NCBI GenBank assembly: GCA_013265495.1
Contig: MU059903.1
Coordinates: 186,001 to 250,000, forward strand
Origin: Vicugna vicugna
Lineage: Eukaryota
Direction of reading: 5' to 3'
Length of the DNA stretch: 64,000 nt
The translations under genes and the position numbers were made by a program. Positions 11,721 to 23,859 of this stretch are shown one piece after another (position 1 is the first letter of the stretch; each line of letters opens with the position of its first letter). The notes below the pieces were generated by a model. The model saw only the letters and a program-made list of their open reading frames with translations. It was not told where the DNA came from and searched no databases.

Positions 11721-12362
11721 GGCCAGAACAGGAAAATAGAGAATCATTAAAAAGCCAATTAAAGCAAAATTTCTTTCTTTTCTCCATCCAATGGCTCCTT
11801 TGAGGCCTTTTCTCTACGATTCAGCATTTTATTTAGTCCTTTAGATTTTGGGGTAAAATGTGGTGTTTTTCCCCCTCCTAAACAAAGGTCCCAGAGTTCA
11901 CTCAAATTCTTGCACAGAGCACCACAGTGACTCTGAGGCAGGTTATCTCCTAGACGTCAAGGCAGGTCTCTTCAGCGAGAGAGACAGGTGGACGTAGGAA
12001 AATTCCAAACTAAAAACCTGTGACACCCGAAGCCAAACAGCCTGCCTTCCTCCTCCTTAGAAGAGGTTATGGGAACCGCTGTTCCTGCTTTCTTCTCTCC
12101 CAGGTTAGCTCTTCACGGACTACTTTATGCAGCCAGAGGCTACTTCTGCTTTGCCTCATTAGGCTCCATGTTTAGTGGATAAATTAGTTACTAAGGAAAA
12201 TGAGCAAACAGTCCTGGGCCAGTTCTTTCGCTCGTCTGGGGGAGGCAGGGGGGTAGGTCTTCGGGTGTCCTTAAGGGGGAGGTGCTCTGTGTGCAGCCAC
12301 CTCTTCGAAACCTTCAGCGATGCATGGCCCTTTAAGCCCCCCGCTGTTTGTCCTGCGTCTGG

Positions 12363-12577
12363 GCTGGCTTCTCACTGCTGGTACTTCGGCCCAGATCGCT
12401 CTTTGCCCTACGGGGCTGTCCTGTGGGCTGTGACACGCTCAGCAGCCTTCCTAGCCTCCACCCACCAGATGCCAGGGCTGCCACCCTCCCCTCCTTAGTG
12501 ACAATCAAAAATTTCTCCAAATATTGCCAAACTGCCCCCAAGGGGAACATCCCCCGCCCCCAAGCTGAGCACCACTG
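12363..12577 (-). mobile_element. MER20 DNA transposon, full length
   Basis: cacccaccagatgccag...gtgacaatcaaaaatttctccaaatattgccaaactgcccccaagggg...gagcaccactg closely matches the reverse complement of MER20. Confidence 0.85.
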
Positions 12578-13180
12578 AGAATCACTGTCCAGATTTCAGG
12601 ACAGGAAACACCCTCATTCCCCCAACCAGGGACAAATGTGGTTACTTGGAGCTCATAGTTTAGACATTCAAAATCGCCTTCAGTTTCTCATGATTTCTTA
12701 AAAAAAAAAAAGCAGCAGCAGAGGAAATCTGGAGCTAAACGAAACTGAAAACGTCAGACACATAATAACAGAAATCAAATGTTGCTAAACACAGTTCTGA
12801 TTCTCCGAAGCACTCTCCTCCTGGTTAACTTCAGCACTTTGGCATAAAAGGGAATGAGTGGGGCAAGTCCTTAGAAATCCTCGGGTCTAGAAGAAACGGA
12901 AGAGCACGAAGGGCGGAGAAGGGTCTCTGGACCACGCGCCTCCTTTGGCGTGCCAGGTGGACACCAATCAAGATCCACCGGTGCAAGGATCTTACGGGCA
13001 CTTCGTGATGCTTCTGAGAAGAGACACAGTACAAGGAACGCAGCCCAGAAGCCCGACAGCAATGTTTTAACGTATGCATCTGTGTTCAGAGTTTTCCAAG
13101 TGTTTTCCAGAACATCACGTCACTTAATTTTCCTAAAGCTGCCCATACTTTGAGATCATTAGTCCAAATTCAAAGGCAGA

Positions 13181-13275
13181 CATCCATTCATCCGTCATTC
13201 ACCCACCCACCCACCCACTCATCCACCTATCCGTTTATTACATGTTTATTAAGTCTTTTCCATGTACTGTGCACT
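13181..13275 (-). repeat. (CCAC/CCAT)n simple repeat grading into an L2 tail
   Basis: cattcatccgtcattcacccacccacccacccactcatccacctatcc...tttattaag. Confidence 0.55.
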
Positions 13276-13319
13276 CTGAAAAAACTACTTCCTGGGCATT
13301 GTGGGGGAAGTGAGTGAGT

Positions 13320-13640
13320 CAGACGTGATTCCTACATGTAGCTCAGATTTAATAAATAGAGAAATAACAGTGGCTGGACAAATTTACCTCCCCACTGTTT
13401 CTGTCCACCTGCAAGATACAGCCAATGAATTAATGAGCAAATACGTATTTCTCACACACACACAGAGACACACACACTTCAGACTCGGAAAACTTCCTTT
13501 GCATTTAACAGGATGGTGTCACATTGATAAATCTGACAGTGGAGCAAAGGTTGCACATATTAGCTCCTTGTGCTTTGGGAAATGTTTTGGAAAACGTATC
13601 ACTTGTTATACAAATTTTACTGGGTATTATACATTTTAAT
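13320..13640. promoter_or_regulatory. candidate enhancer with PBX-HOX + MEIS composite site
   Basis: TGTCA-cat-TGATAAAT-c-TGACAG at 13517-13539 within an AT-rich non-repeat island. Confidence 0.45.
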
Positions 13641-13799
13641 ATGTCTATGTGTATATATGTATGCAAAACAGTCACATGCGTATAAAGCTGTGTGAACTGC
13701 GTGTGTCGCGTCGTTCCAAACCCCTACCCTGCAACACTGAGGCGGGAGCCACGTCGTGTTCAGCTCTGTGTTCCCATATTTGCTCCTGGAAATCCTTCT

Positions 13800-14030
13800 A
13801 CCAGTATTTGATAAGTCACTGAATGACTGAGCACCAGGCGCTGCGGCAGGGGCTGGAAATGAGAAATCCAAGACCCGTCCCTACTTTCAAGGAACATTTT
13901 GTCCAGTTGGGGAAACAACCCAGACAGTACGATGAAGGTTGAGGAGTGACCCACACAGAGGAGGGCATGGCCAAGTGCGCCAGGCGGCTGGACAGAGGTC
14001 AGGGAGGGCACCAAAGAGGAGGGAGCCTGT
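13800..14030 (-). mobile_element. L2 LINE fragment
   Basis: actgagcaccaggcgctgcggcaggggctggaaatg...ccgtccctactttcaaggaacattttgtccagttgggg...ggtcagggagggc is like reverse-strand L2. Confidence 0.55.
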
Positions 14031-16141
14031 GCCCCTCCCCATAAGGACCGTTTCTTATAAAGCACGAGGGTACAGAGGGAAGGAGAGGTGAGGGCAGTAA
14101 CACGGCTCTGGGAGCGTGGGAGTAGATGGGTGACTGGGACTGACTTGAAAGACTGGGAACGCTGAACTTCGGACAGCAGTCGGGGTTGAGGAGTAACTGA
14201 CATCACAGGACAGAACCTACCAGAGTCTCAGGAATTGCCAGAAACAGGGACCTCTAAAAGCCGTGAATCAAATGGGGCAAAAATAAGGAAACTGATTAAA
14301 AGTCTCATTTAGTGGTGGTCAGATTCCTGGACCCCCACTGCCAACACAGGCGGGCTGGGGGTGGCCCCCACACCCCAGCGGAAGACCACGGGACCCTCTG
14401 GGGTGGGCAAAGCAGGAGACAGCAGCACAGCGGTGTGCAGGACAGGCTCAGTCTGCTGGGAACGGACCGGGAACGCGGCCGGGATGCTGAAGAGACCACT
14501 CGGAGGCAGGCCCAGCTGGGAGCTCTGGAGGCAAAGGGAGGGCAGACGCAGGAGACAGTGAGGGAAAATACACTGATTTTAATGTCCGTCTTGATTGAGA
14601 GTCTGGCTGGGTATAAAAATCCTAGCTAGAAACCAAACTGAGAGAGAAGGGGGCTGATTCACTGAGTTTGGGCTTGGGTGACCGGGTTGGTGGTGACAAG
14701 GACTCAGCACGACTGTGCGCTTCCAGAGGGCGGGCCCCACTTGTCCTGTCTAATGCGGCATCTCCTAAGGGACTTGCAGGGAGCAGGTGCAACAGAACGT
14801 GAGAGAAGGCGGCTTGTGCCTCCTGAGCTCTCTGCCCCCTTTCTGCCTGGCTGGGATGGAGACCACGTCCCAGGGCCTTAGAGAGCGTGTGTGAAGGATG
14901 ATGGAGCCCAAGACAGAAAGGGCTCGGGTCCCTGACGCACCAGCTGGAGAGCTTCCCCGCCAGGAGCAAACTGTTACTGTGTCATCCTGACGTAGGGGTT
15001 TCTCTGTTGGGCGACTCAGTTGCCTTGGCTGCTGCTGCTGCACATTGGGGGCAGCTGTGCCTGTGGGAGCTGCAGGCCTCGGCACTGATGTTTGCCAGCC
15101 ACTCCCTGCCCTAAGGAGCTGACTCACCTCAGCACAGAACACTGGCCCGTCAGAACGTGCTGCTTCCCATCAGTGCTTTCGCTGGTCCAGGTGGTACGGC
15201 GAGGGGGCAGCAGGAAGCGATCCCAAGAGAGCCCAGCACAGCGGGGAGGGCGCTGTGGGCAAGCGTGGGGGGGACAGGCGGGGACGGGAGGGCACGTGCG
15301 CATGCACCCCCACCTGCCATCCGCCCCCCACGGCAGTCTGCCCCCACGGCGGCCGCCAGTCCCCAGGGAGAGCCCTCCTGCTCCCTGGCCTAAACCAATA
15401 GCCTGAACAGAGCAGGTAACAAGTGTCCTGGGCTGGTCAGGGTCCCTTCCCAGCACCTCTGAGTGTGACGTTATTCGGACCTGGGGTCGTCGCAGACACT
15501 AGGTAAGAGGAGGTCACTCTGGAGGCGGGTGGACCCTGATCCACCAGGACTGGCGTCCTCGTGGGAGAAGGGGCTGCGTGGAGACAGGCAGAGATCGGGC
15601 CAAGGACACAGGGATCGTCAGCAACACCAGACGCTGGACGGAGAGAGGAGGGGCGCCCTAGAACGCGTGGAGGAGCACGGCCTGCTGACCACCAGGCCCC
15701 AGCCTGGGAGAGAACAGCCTCCTGCCGCGGGAGCCCCAGAAAGCAGCTGTGGTAAGGGATCAGAGACAGACAACAGCCTGCTGGGGTCAGCCAGCACCCA
15801 AGGAGGCAGGGCGCCCTGAGGACCAGCCCCCTCGCCCCCCAGACACAGACAGAAGTGGCCAAGAGCAGGCGGGCCCACCTGCTACCGGGCAGGGCTCCCG
15901 GCTGAGAGAGGCAACTGACCGTGGGCGGGGAAAGAGGCCACCACGCCCCGTCCAGCAAGGCCACCATCACAGCACAGCCAGAGCCCCAGCAGAGGGAGGG
16001 CGAGAGGTTTTCCAAAGCCAAGCACCTCCCCAGCCTGGAGGAGTTCCTCCCACCTCGGCCCTGGGCGCCCGCTCACTGATGAGCCCAGGGCCCTAATCCT
16101 GTAAGCTCGTGTCCTGGTGCCAGACCACAGACACAGCTGAG

Positions 16142-16158
16142 CCCCCCCCCCCCCCCCC
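16142..16158 (+). repeat. poly-C (17 nt)
   Basis: Read directly from the sequence. Confidence 0.95.
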
Positions 16159-19079
16159 AAAAATCCCGCCAGGAGTCTTGTTTCCTCTAGAGCTAGCTCA
16201 CACTGGAACCCTTCAGCTCGAACCAGACCCCCCAGTACAGACACAGGTAACTCTGTTTTTAGCTCGTGGTTCCTGTGGTGCCACTTACCTGCTCGTGGGC
16301 GAGGAACCAGCGATCCACCTCCGAGGAGGCAGACGGGGCCCCCTCTTTACCGCCACTGGCTTGGCAGAAACACTGATGACGCCGTGCGGCAGCCAGAGCG
16401 GGCAGGGACGGCCTGGCCAGGTGACCCAGAAGCCCGGGTCTCACTCACACAGTGTGTCCACTGCACGGCGACACCCGCCCTGTGTCCCCCCAACCCCCCG
16501 AGCGTGGAGCCGCGGACTTCTGAGCTCAGCTGCCTTCCGCGCAGATGGAGAGCACAGCTCAGGGGGGCCTGGTCGACAGGGAAGCCTGTGGTCCAGAAGC
16601 CACAGCCTGTGTGATGCCTCCGCCTAGAAGTGGGCCAGACCTGGCAGTCCCGCCTGTGCCCCACGGCGGTGAGCCGAGTCCTGGTGAACCCCAAACGTTG
16701 ACTGCCCACACAGCCACCAGCTCTGGGGCACCTGCCACGTGCCAGCGCTGTGCCACGTGCTCCACAGAGAGGCGCTAATTTAGGGAAAATGATGGACTCG
16801 GGGCCCAGGCTCAAGGTCACGCTCACCTCCTCCTTCCTGCAACCTGCAGAGCCGGGGCTCTCAACCAGCAGACTCCTAAACCAAGAGGTGAGACGTCCTC
16901 TGGGGGCAGCAGTGGTTCCCGGACTAGACACGGAGCTGCTCCCCTCACCTTCGCTTTAAGAAAGGGTTGTGCCACGTGTGGTGCAGAGACCGTCTGCTTC
17001 ACGAGGGTCTCAGCTGACAGGGCAGGAAGGACTATCCCTGAAAAACCAGTCACCATTTTGAATACTTCTCCAGCTCCCCTCCCTTTCTCACGCCTTCCAA
17101 GGTAAGGTCCCGTTCCACCCAAGAACACCAGGACAACCATCCGAACAAACACGAATGTAACTTTCAGATGAAGAGCCCCAGGACAAAGCAAGAGTCAGAA
17201 CACCCCCTGCACGGCTGACGCCGCGAAACACCCCGCTAGAGGACTTCTTCTTTTGAATTAATTACGACAATTATGGTGGTACCAAGCCTGCCAAGGAGAC
17301 AAACAAAACCTCATAAATGTTGCCAGGAGCCAAAATAGCATTTTACTGAGTCAGAACGACACACAGGCTGCCTTCTCCCGCACTGCTGACAGGGCAGGAT
17401 CTGGGAGCGGGGTCTAGTGCAGTCTCTGCACCCGTTTTGGGGCTGTCGTGACCAAAAATGCAATACGGTTTGGAATGAAAAAAACTGTAGTAGAACGGGG
17501 GAGGGGAAGAGCCGTGGGTTTCAGGGGATGAATTTTGCAGTTTTAGGAAAGGGAAGAAAAATGGACTACTCTTAAGAGTATCCACAAACACGTGCTTCTC
17601 TCTGTATTTAGAGGAGGAACAGGTCAGCCTTCCTCAGCCCAAAACAGGCTGCCCCAGCTAGCTGTCCGCCCGGCCCTGGAAGACGGGACAGTTTTGTGAC
17701 AGGCCCAGGGGCCAGGGAGGGGCGGCGAGGACAGCCAGTCCCTGGTCTCCCTTCTAGACCAAGACGAGCAATTAGAAAAGGGTGTAGTGTTGAGTCTAGG
17801 ACACAGTCCCGCCCCAGGAAGGGGAGACCCGTCCACGGCGGAGCAAAGGCAGGTGAACGGGCAGCCTCCACGGCTTTGCGTTCCCAGTCACGACCCATGA
17901 CACACACATTCTGTGGGCACCAGGAGATGGGAAACAGCCCCAAGCAACGGACCCAGGCAGGAGTCAGGCAGGAACGCACAGGGGAGGGAGGAAGGAAGGT
18001 CACAGAGAAAGCAGGAAAAACAGCAGGATGAAGTCTTCATTAAAGGAAGAACAAGCGCCATTGACAACACAGAGCTTCCAGCTCAAGATACCCTCAGCGC
18101 AAGTTACAAGACCCGGCAGATTTTAAACAAGAAAGACATTATGTACCTGAAGAGTAAAAAAATGGAGAGAATACCTTCAAAGAACTAGCTTTTGGGAAAA
18201 AGGAAAAAAAGGAAAGTTACACACTGCTGAACATGCACTTATGGATTAAACTTCAAACACAGATAAAATAATTCTATAGACTTCCAGGTGTTCAGGGTAA
18301 ACTCCAGATGAATAAGCAAGCAGAAGTGGCCCTCACGCTCAGCCCCTGTGGCAGGGGGGCCGGGGACCCCGCCTTCCGAGGCGCACAGTGGTGACCTGGG
18401 AACGCCAACCCCACGCAAGCTGATTTCAAATCCAAAGAGCAGCAAGACCATGTTCTCAGAAACGAAGAATTCAAAAAGAAAACCATCTTCTCAACCTCTT
18501 TGAACAAAGTGTATGAGACACAGGAAATCCCCCAGCGACATGAGCCCAGAACTCAGTGTGGGGACCTCCTTATATAACTGTAGAATTAAATCTATACAAT
18601 TGTAAATACGATTCTGAAATTAAAAGTAAAAACAAAATATTTTTGGAAAACAAAGTAGTATAAATTATCACCTTCATTATCATTACCATCTGGCTTTAAA
18701 AAACCCCAGATTATATGTTTAAATGTTTAGAAATTATTTCAGGGGAAGGAAGGAGAGAGAATTTCCTCCCCTTTCACAGCTGAGAGTTACTTTCTGACCC
18801 TGATAATCAGAGGATAACATATTGAACCCAGATCTAAGAACATGAATGGCAGCCACCGAAGAAATGCAAAAAGCTAAATTGACTGTTTTCTAATCAGTAA
18901 AGGTAAAAATACATAATTTATTTGGAGATAGAGAAACGTCAAAGGAAAGGCCGAGAATAAGAAATGCTTGCTTATGAGATCAAATGATGGTCAATGGGAA
19001 CCAAACACATGTATTATTTTAAAACTTCACAAGGGACGTGAATCCAGAATGGAGACTCAATAGCCTGTATTGTTTCAGC

Positions 19080-20840
19080 GAGGATGCTCTGCACAGGCCG
19101 GTGCTAGGACACCCTTTCACTCCCACTGTTCATCATGTCTAGAAATTGGAGGAATTAGAAAGAGGCGAAATTACCATCACTTCCTTCTCAGCTCTCTCTC
19201 AAAAAATAATTCAAAAATTGCAAAATAATGTAAACTTCAGTATCTATTTAGACAGGCAGTAGAAAAACACATACAAAAAATAACATAATTCCTATTATTG
19301 ACAATAATGAAAAACTTCAGAATAATCATGCAACATAAAAGATATTAAAATAACGCTAATGAAAAACATATCTCTATCAACCAAGATTTACTGAAGGAAC
19401 AGATATAAATAATATCATAAAAGCCTGTACTATTCCTAGATAAGAAAGCCATAACATGTGTCATAAAAATGTCAGTTCACCCCTGGAAGAAATTCCAATA
19501 AAAAGTCTAACAGCATAGTTTTGCAAATTTTAACCAAGTTATATTCAACTACATAAGAAAGCATAAGTGAGTAAGGAAAACAGAAAGATCCTTAAAGGAA
19601 AAAATAACACGGAGGTGAACCATCGCTGCACGTAGAACACAGCACGTACGCCCACACCAGCTCAAGGACCGCACAGCTCCAGCGATGAGCTCAGCGGGCC
19701 AACAGCACAGACAAAACAGCAGAAGAGCCAGACTGTGCTTTAGTCTTTAGCGTAACGTACAAACGCGTTTTACATCAGGGGAGAAAGACAGAAATATTAA
19801 ATAACTTCATCTGACATAACCGTTTTATCTATTAGTGATAGATAGATAAATGTTAACACTTACATCACGCATCTAAATAAACTACAGGATTACTGCAACA
19901 ACAAAGTCAGAAGAGAACCAGAGAAAGAAAATTTTATATGCGTAGCTATATGATGTGAAGACAGATTTTGTCAACAGAGCATTAAAATGGACATTCTAAG
20001 GAAAATTCTGATGGATTTGACAACCTAAAATTTTCAGACCCTTTTACTGTTAAAAAATATACAAGGGCAAACGACAAATTGGGGGAAATATTACGAACAT
20101 GTACAGTACCCAGAAGGCTATTCAATACCTCAATATATAAAAAGCACTTGCAAATCAGAAAAAACACCTCCATAGAAGAACAGATTATGGACACAAATAA
20201 CCAATTCAGAAAGCAGACCAATACACAGCGAGTCGCGAATGAAAACTCTTCAACTTCACTAATGACCGAAAGAACACAGCTTCAAACTAGATACTGTTCT
20301 TCATGGTCAAAATGGCAAGGATTTGTCAAAAATAACAATACTCAGATTGTCCAGCGTAACAGAATCAGGAATCATTCCCATACCTTACTGATGGGTGTGT
20401 CCATTCGTGTGAACTTCCTGGAGTGCAGGTTTCTCAGCGTCTCAGGGGCCTTGTAAATGTTTTCCTCTTATCGAACCAGCAACCGTGTTTCATGATTTTG
20501 TCCCCTAAGGAAATAATCAGAAATAAACACTAAGATTTTTGACCAAGGACTTAAATTGTAATTTCTATATCAAACTTGGAGAATAAAGACCTAGATGTTC
20601 ATCAAGAAAAAAACACTTTAAAATAAGTCAACTTAAAGTAACTATGATTTTATAAGAGACCACTGGATAATGTTCAGAAATCATTTTAGAAAAGCATTTA
20701 ATGATACGGAAAAATTCTCATGGTGTAATTCTAAGTGAAAATGCAGGATATAAAATTCCCCATACGTTATGGTCTCTACTGATCTTTAAAATATTTACTT
20801 TTTCTATAATCAGCATGCACTTATTCTTTCAATTAGAGTG
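19080..20840 (+). mobile_element. ancient L1 (L1ME-like), decayed ORF2 3' half plus 3' UTR
   Basis: A-rich strand colinear with the end of L1 ORF2. The 3' UTR has atttaatgatacggaaaaattctcatggtgtaattctaagtgaaaatgcaggatataaa, typical of L1ME. Confidence 0.75.
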
Positions 20841-23800
20841 ATTATGTTCAATATAATTCTTTTAAAAACCAAACTATGAGAAAGCATCTCCACATGGGGC
20901 GTTTTGGGTCCAGGACCCAGCCTGTTACGTCATTACTTATGTCAAGAATCGGAACACAGAGAATCAGATCGGCAGCCCTTTCGCCTCTCTGCTTGATTTC
21001 GGGGCTTGGCGGTGGGTGTCTAGTATCTCCATCTACAGAACATCCACGTCTCCCAGGTTCTCTCCTGCTCCAGAAAGCCGTGTGTGATCCTGCTTAGCAA
21101 AGTGGCCCTTAGCAGGCGGTCAAAGGGTGTCAGCCCAGAAAGTGAGGGCACCACGCTGAGTGTGAACAGCGTGGTTCGGGCCACAGTGGAGGAAGCGAAC
21201 GAGGGAGCGAGAGCACCGTGGAGTCGGGTGAGGGCAGCACAGGCCTGTCTGGAGCCACTGCCCGAGCTGGCCTGACTTCCTCCAACGTCTCTCAGCCAGG
21301 AGCACCGCGGGCGGAGGGCGCACAGCTCTCGTCCCGCGTGGGTCCCTGCAGCGTGGTGTCCTTTCACCCTGTGCCCAGAGTGGGGCTCCTGAGCTCTGTC
21401 TGCGGCTCCCAGCGGGGTGTGTGTCGTTCACCTTCTCTGCCGCCAGCTGTGGTTCTGTGGGAGGGTCTGATCCAGCCCCTCGGACTTGGATTATGTATTT
21501 ATTCCCCGTGTTTGCTGGTTTAATGAGCTGAAAGTAATCCCTCTCGCGGTTTTACATCACACTCAAAAACGTTCTTACTTCTGTGTAAACATTTTGTGTA
21601 AACGTGATTTCAGTTCCTCCGCCGTTTGTTCAAGGGACACGAGGTGCCACCCACTGGGTTTCAGTTCTTAGAGATCATACTCTTCCCACCGAGGGAGGTA
21701 TTTTTAATATTCTTGTTTTGTTGCTCAGTAACAGATTGCATTTTATGTTTCTATGATTTCACATGCCTACTTCACAAAGGAATGTTTCCTCTGGCTTCAA
21801 AAAGGGTACAAAGTGTATCAGACACTTTTGAAAGGGTTTTGACATTTCACTGTCACACGTGGTGGTGGAGGCTGTTATCCCCAAACAAGTACCTGCACAT
21901 TGATTTTCTGTTCATCCCACTTGGGTCCACGCCGCCTGGGCCCTGCTCCTGGAATCTCTGTGCGGGCCCACCAGTGCCAGCTCACCATGGCACCGGCCAC
22001 AGGCAGGGTTTGGAAGTGACCAGGGAAGGCTTGAGGACCGAGTTGTCAGCCTTGTCGGGCACCACGGGGGTGCCCCCAAGACCCCCTTCCACCTGGAGCG
22101 CTTTCTCCCGAGGAGCAGGCTGGGACCTACTCTCCACACGCTCGGGGCAGAACTCATCTTCTTTGGGGGACGGAGCAAGGACTCACCTTCTTTTTGTCTC
22201 CAATCTCCGCCCCTCCGGCTTCAACCCTGCCCATCACCGTCCTGCTCAGCTTCCTGCCCCCATCAGAGCTCAGTCATACGAATTTGCCACTGAGAGACAG
22301 GCGGGGCAGGGGCGGGGATCTGCCATGAACAGGTCAGCGAGACCCTCCCACCCTCCTGTGGACTCAGGCTTACACTGGACCCCCTGCGGCTCGAGCCTGG
22401 GTCCTCCACCTCCCAGGCCTACACCAGCTCCTGGATCAGCGGAGCCTCCCTTCTCTCACTTGTGGGGCATCTCTCTTCATTATCAAGAGTCTTCCTAATT
22501 ATCAAGGGTAAGTGGGCCCACAGCTGGGCTCAGAGGGCAGCATGTGTCAGAGCTGACCTCTTGCCTGGAGGGCTCAGCCACAAGCCGTTCCATCTTGCCT
22601 GGAAGAGAGCCCCGTCTCTTCCAGACTGAGTGGAAGTGAAGAAGGCTGCGGGCTCAGAGCTGCATAGATCTCCTCCGCTGAATTCCACGGCGATGCCCTG
22701 GGGACCAAGAGCACAGATGCAGCAGCAGCAGCAGCGAGCCAAGCCCCTGCACGGCTGAGAGGATGCGCAGAACGGACCGTCTGCACAGGTGCTCACGGCA
22801 GCCTTCACACCAGAGGGCTGTGTCCATCACGAAGCCGCTGAAGCTGAGACGCCAGGCCCCATCTTGCTGGCCCCCCTAAGGACCTGGGAAGGACCTCAGC
22901 GTCTGTATTAATCTGACTTCTTAAGTACACTGTTCTGCCTTCCGTTACTCCCCCTCCCCGGTTAGTCGTTCAGACGTTAAGTTCTCAGTCTCGCCGCCCC
23001 GCCGTACACCTGCGCCGCCGGAGTTTCTAAATGCTCAGGCAGCTCGCATGCCAACCTGTGTGAGGGGCCGACACCGCGAACGCACGGAGGGGCCCGGTGC
23101 GGCGCTTCCTGCCCCGTGCGCACGACCACCGGCGCAGTGGTCCCGGTTTACTGAGGGTTTACGCCAAACCCAGCGGCATGTAAAAAGCTATACTTTGTGT
23201 TCTTTAACTCTCACCAGAACCCAGTGACGCAAGTATAATGGGGCTGCGCTCTCTTGTCTAAAATCCCCATGGCTGGTTGTTTTTCAGAATCGTTAACTTT
23301 CTGTATTTTAGAAAGGGAATTCTACCAAATGCCACACATTATTTAACATGCTGGGGGATCTCAGGCAGCAGACTAATCAAACATTCGTATTCTGCAGGAG
23401 AGTGCAGAACATTCGGAACAAGCGGTATGAAGATTATAAACAGTGTCACCTCAGCTGGAGGTCAGGATCCGCCACAGAACACTGCCGTAGAAGAGTGCAC
23501 AGGGGGACATTTGTGTTCTGCGTACGGAGGTGGTCCCCTGCCTCACCTAAAAGCCATTCAGTCAGTGCCAGGAATCTAATGAGAAGGGATCTACGACACA
23601 GCTTCGTCCTTCCCCACTGAGATTCCTGCCTCCTCTGACAAACTGGCCACGGCTCCAAGGAGCATCAGTGCACAATTTCGGTTTAAACATCAATGTCTAC
23701 GGATTTCTGCTGAACTGGTGTGACATGTGCCCGGGTCAACTTCTGCCCACAGGGTCAAGGCTCAAGGAAAGGTTAATGGTATCAAACAGTCATTTTATTT

Positions 23801-23859
23801 TTCTTAACATGTTCTCACAGGGGACAGTGAATTTAACAACGAGGGAAATGCACTAATAA

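Noticed and set aside
16283-16372. Perfect minus-strand donor CAG|GTAAGT at 16288
   Set aside because: No good upstream acceptor or polypyrimidine tract, and the peptide is unrecognised.
21626-22498. Longest ORF in the window (290 aa, +)
   Set aside because: It begins at TTG, joins an AT-rich Phe/Leu/Cys half to a GC-rich Pro/Gly/Ser half, and has no recognisable domain or exon structure. This is consistent with chance.
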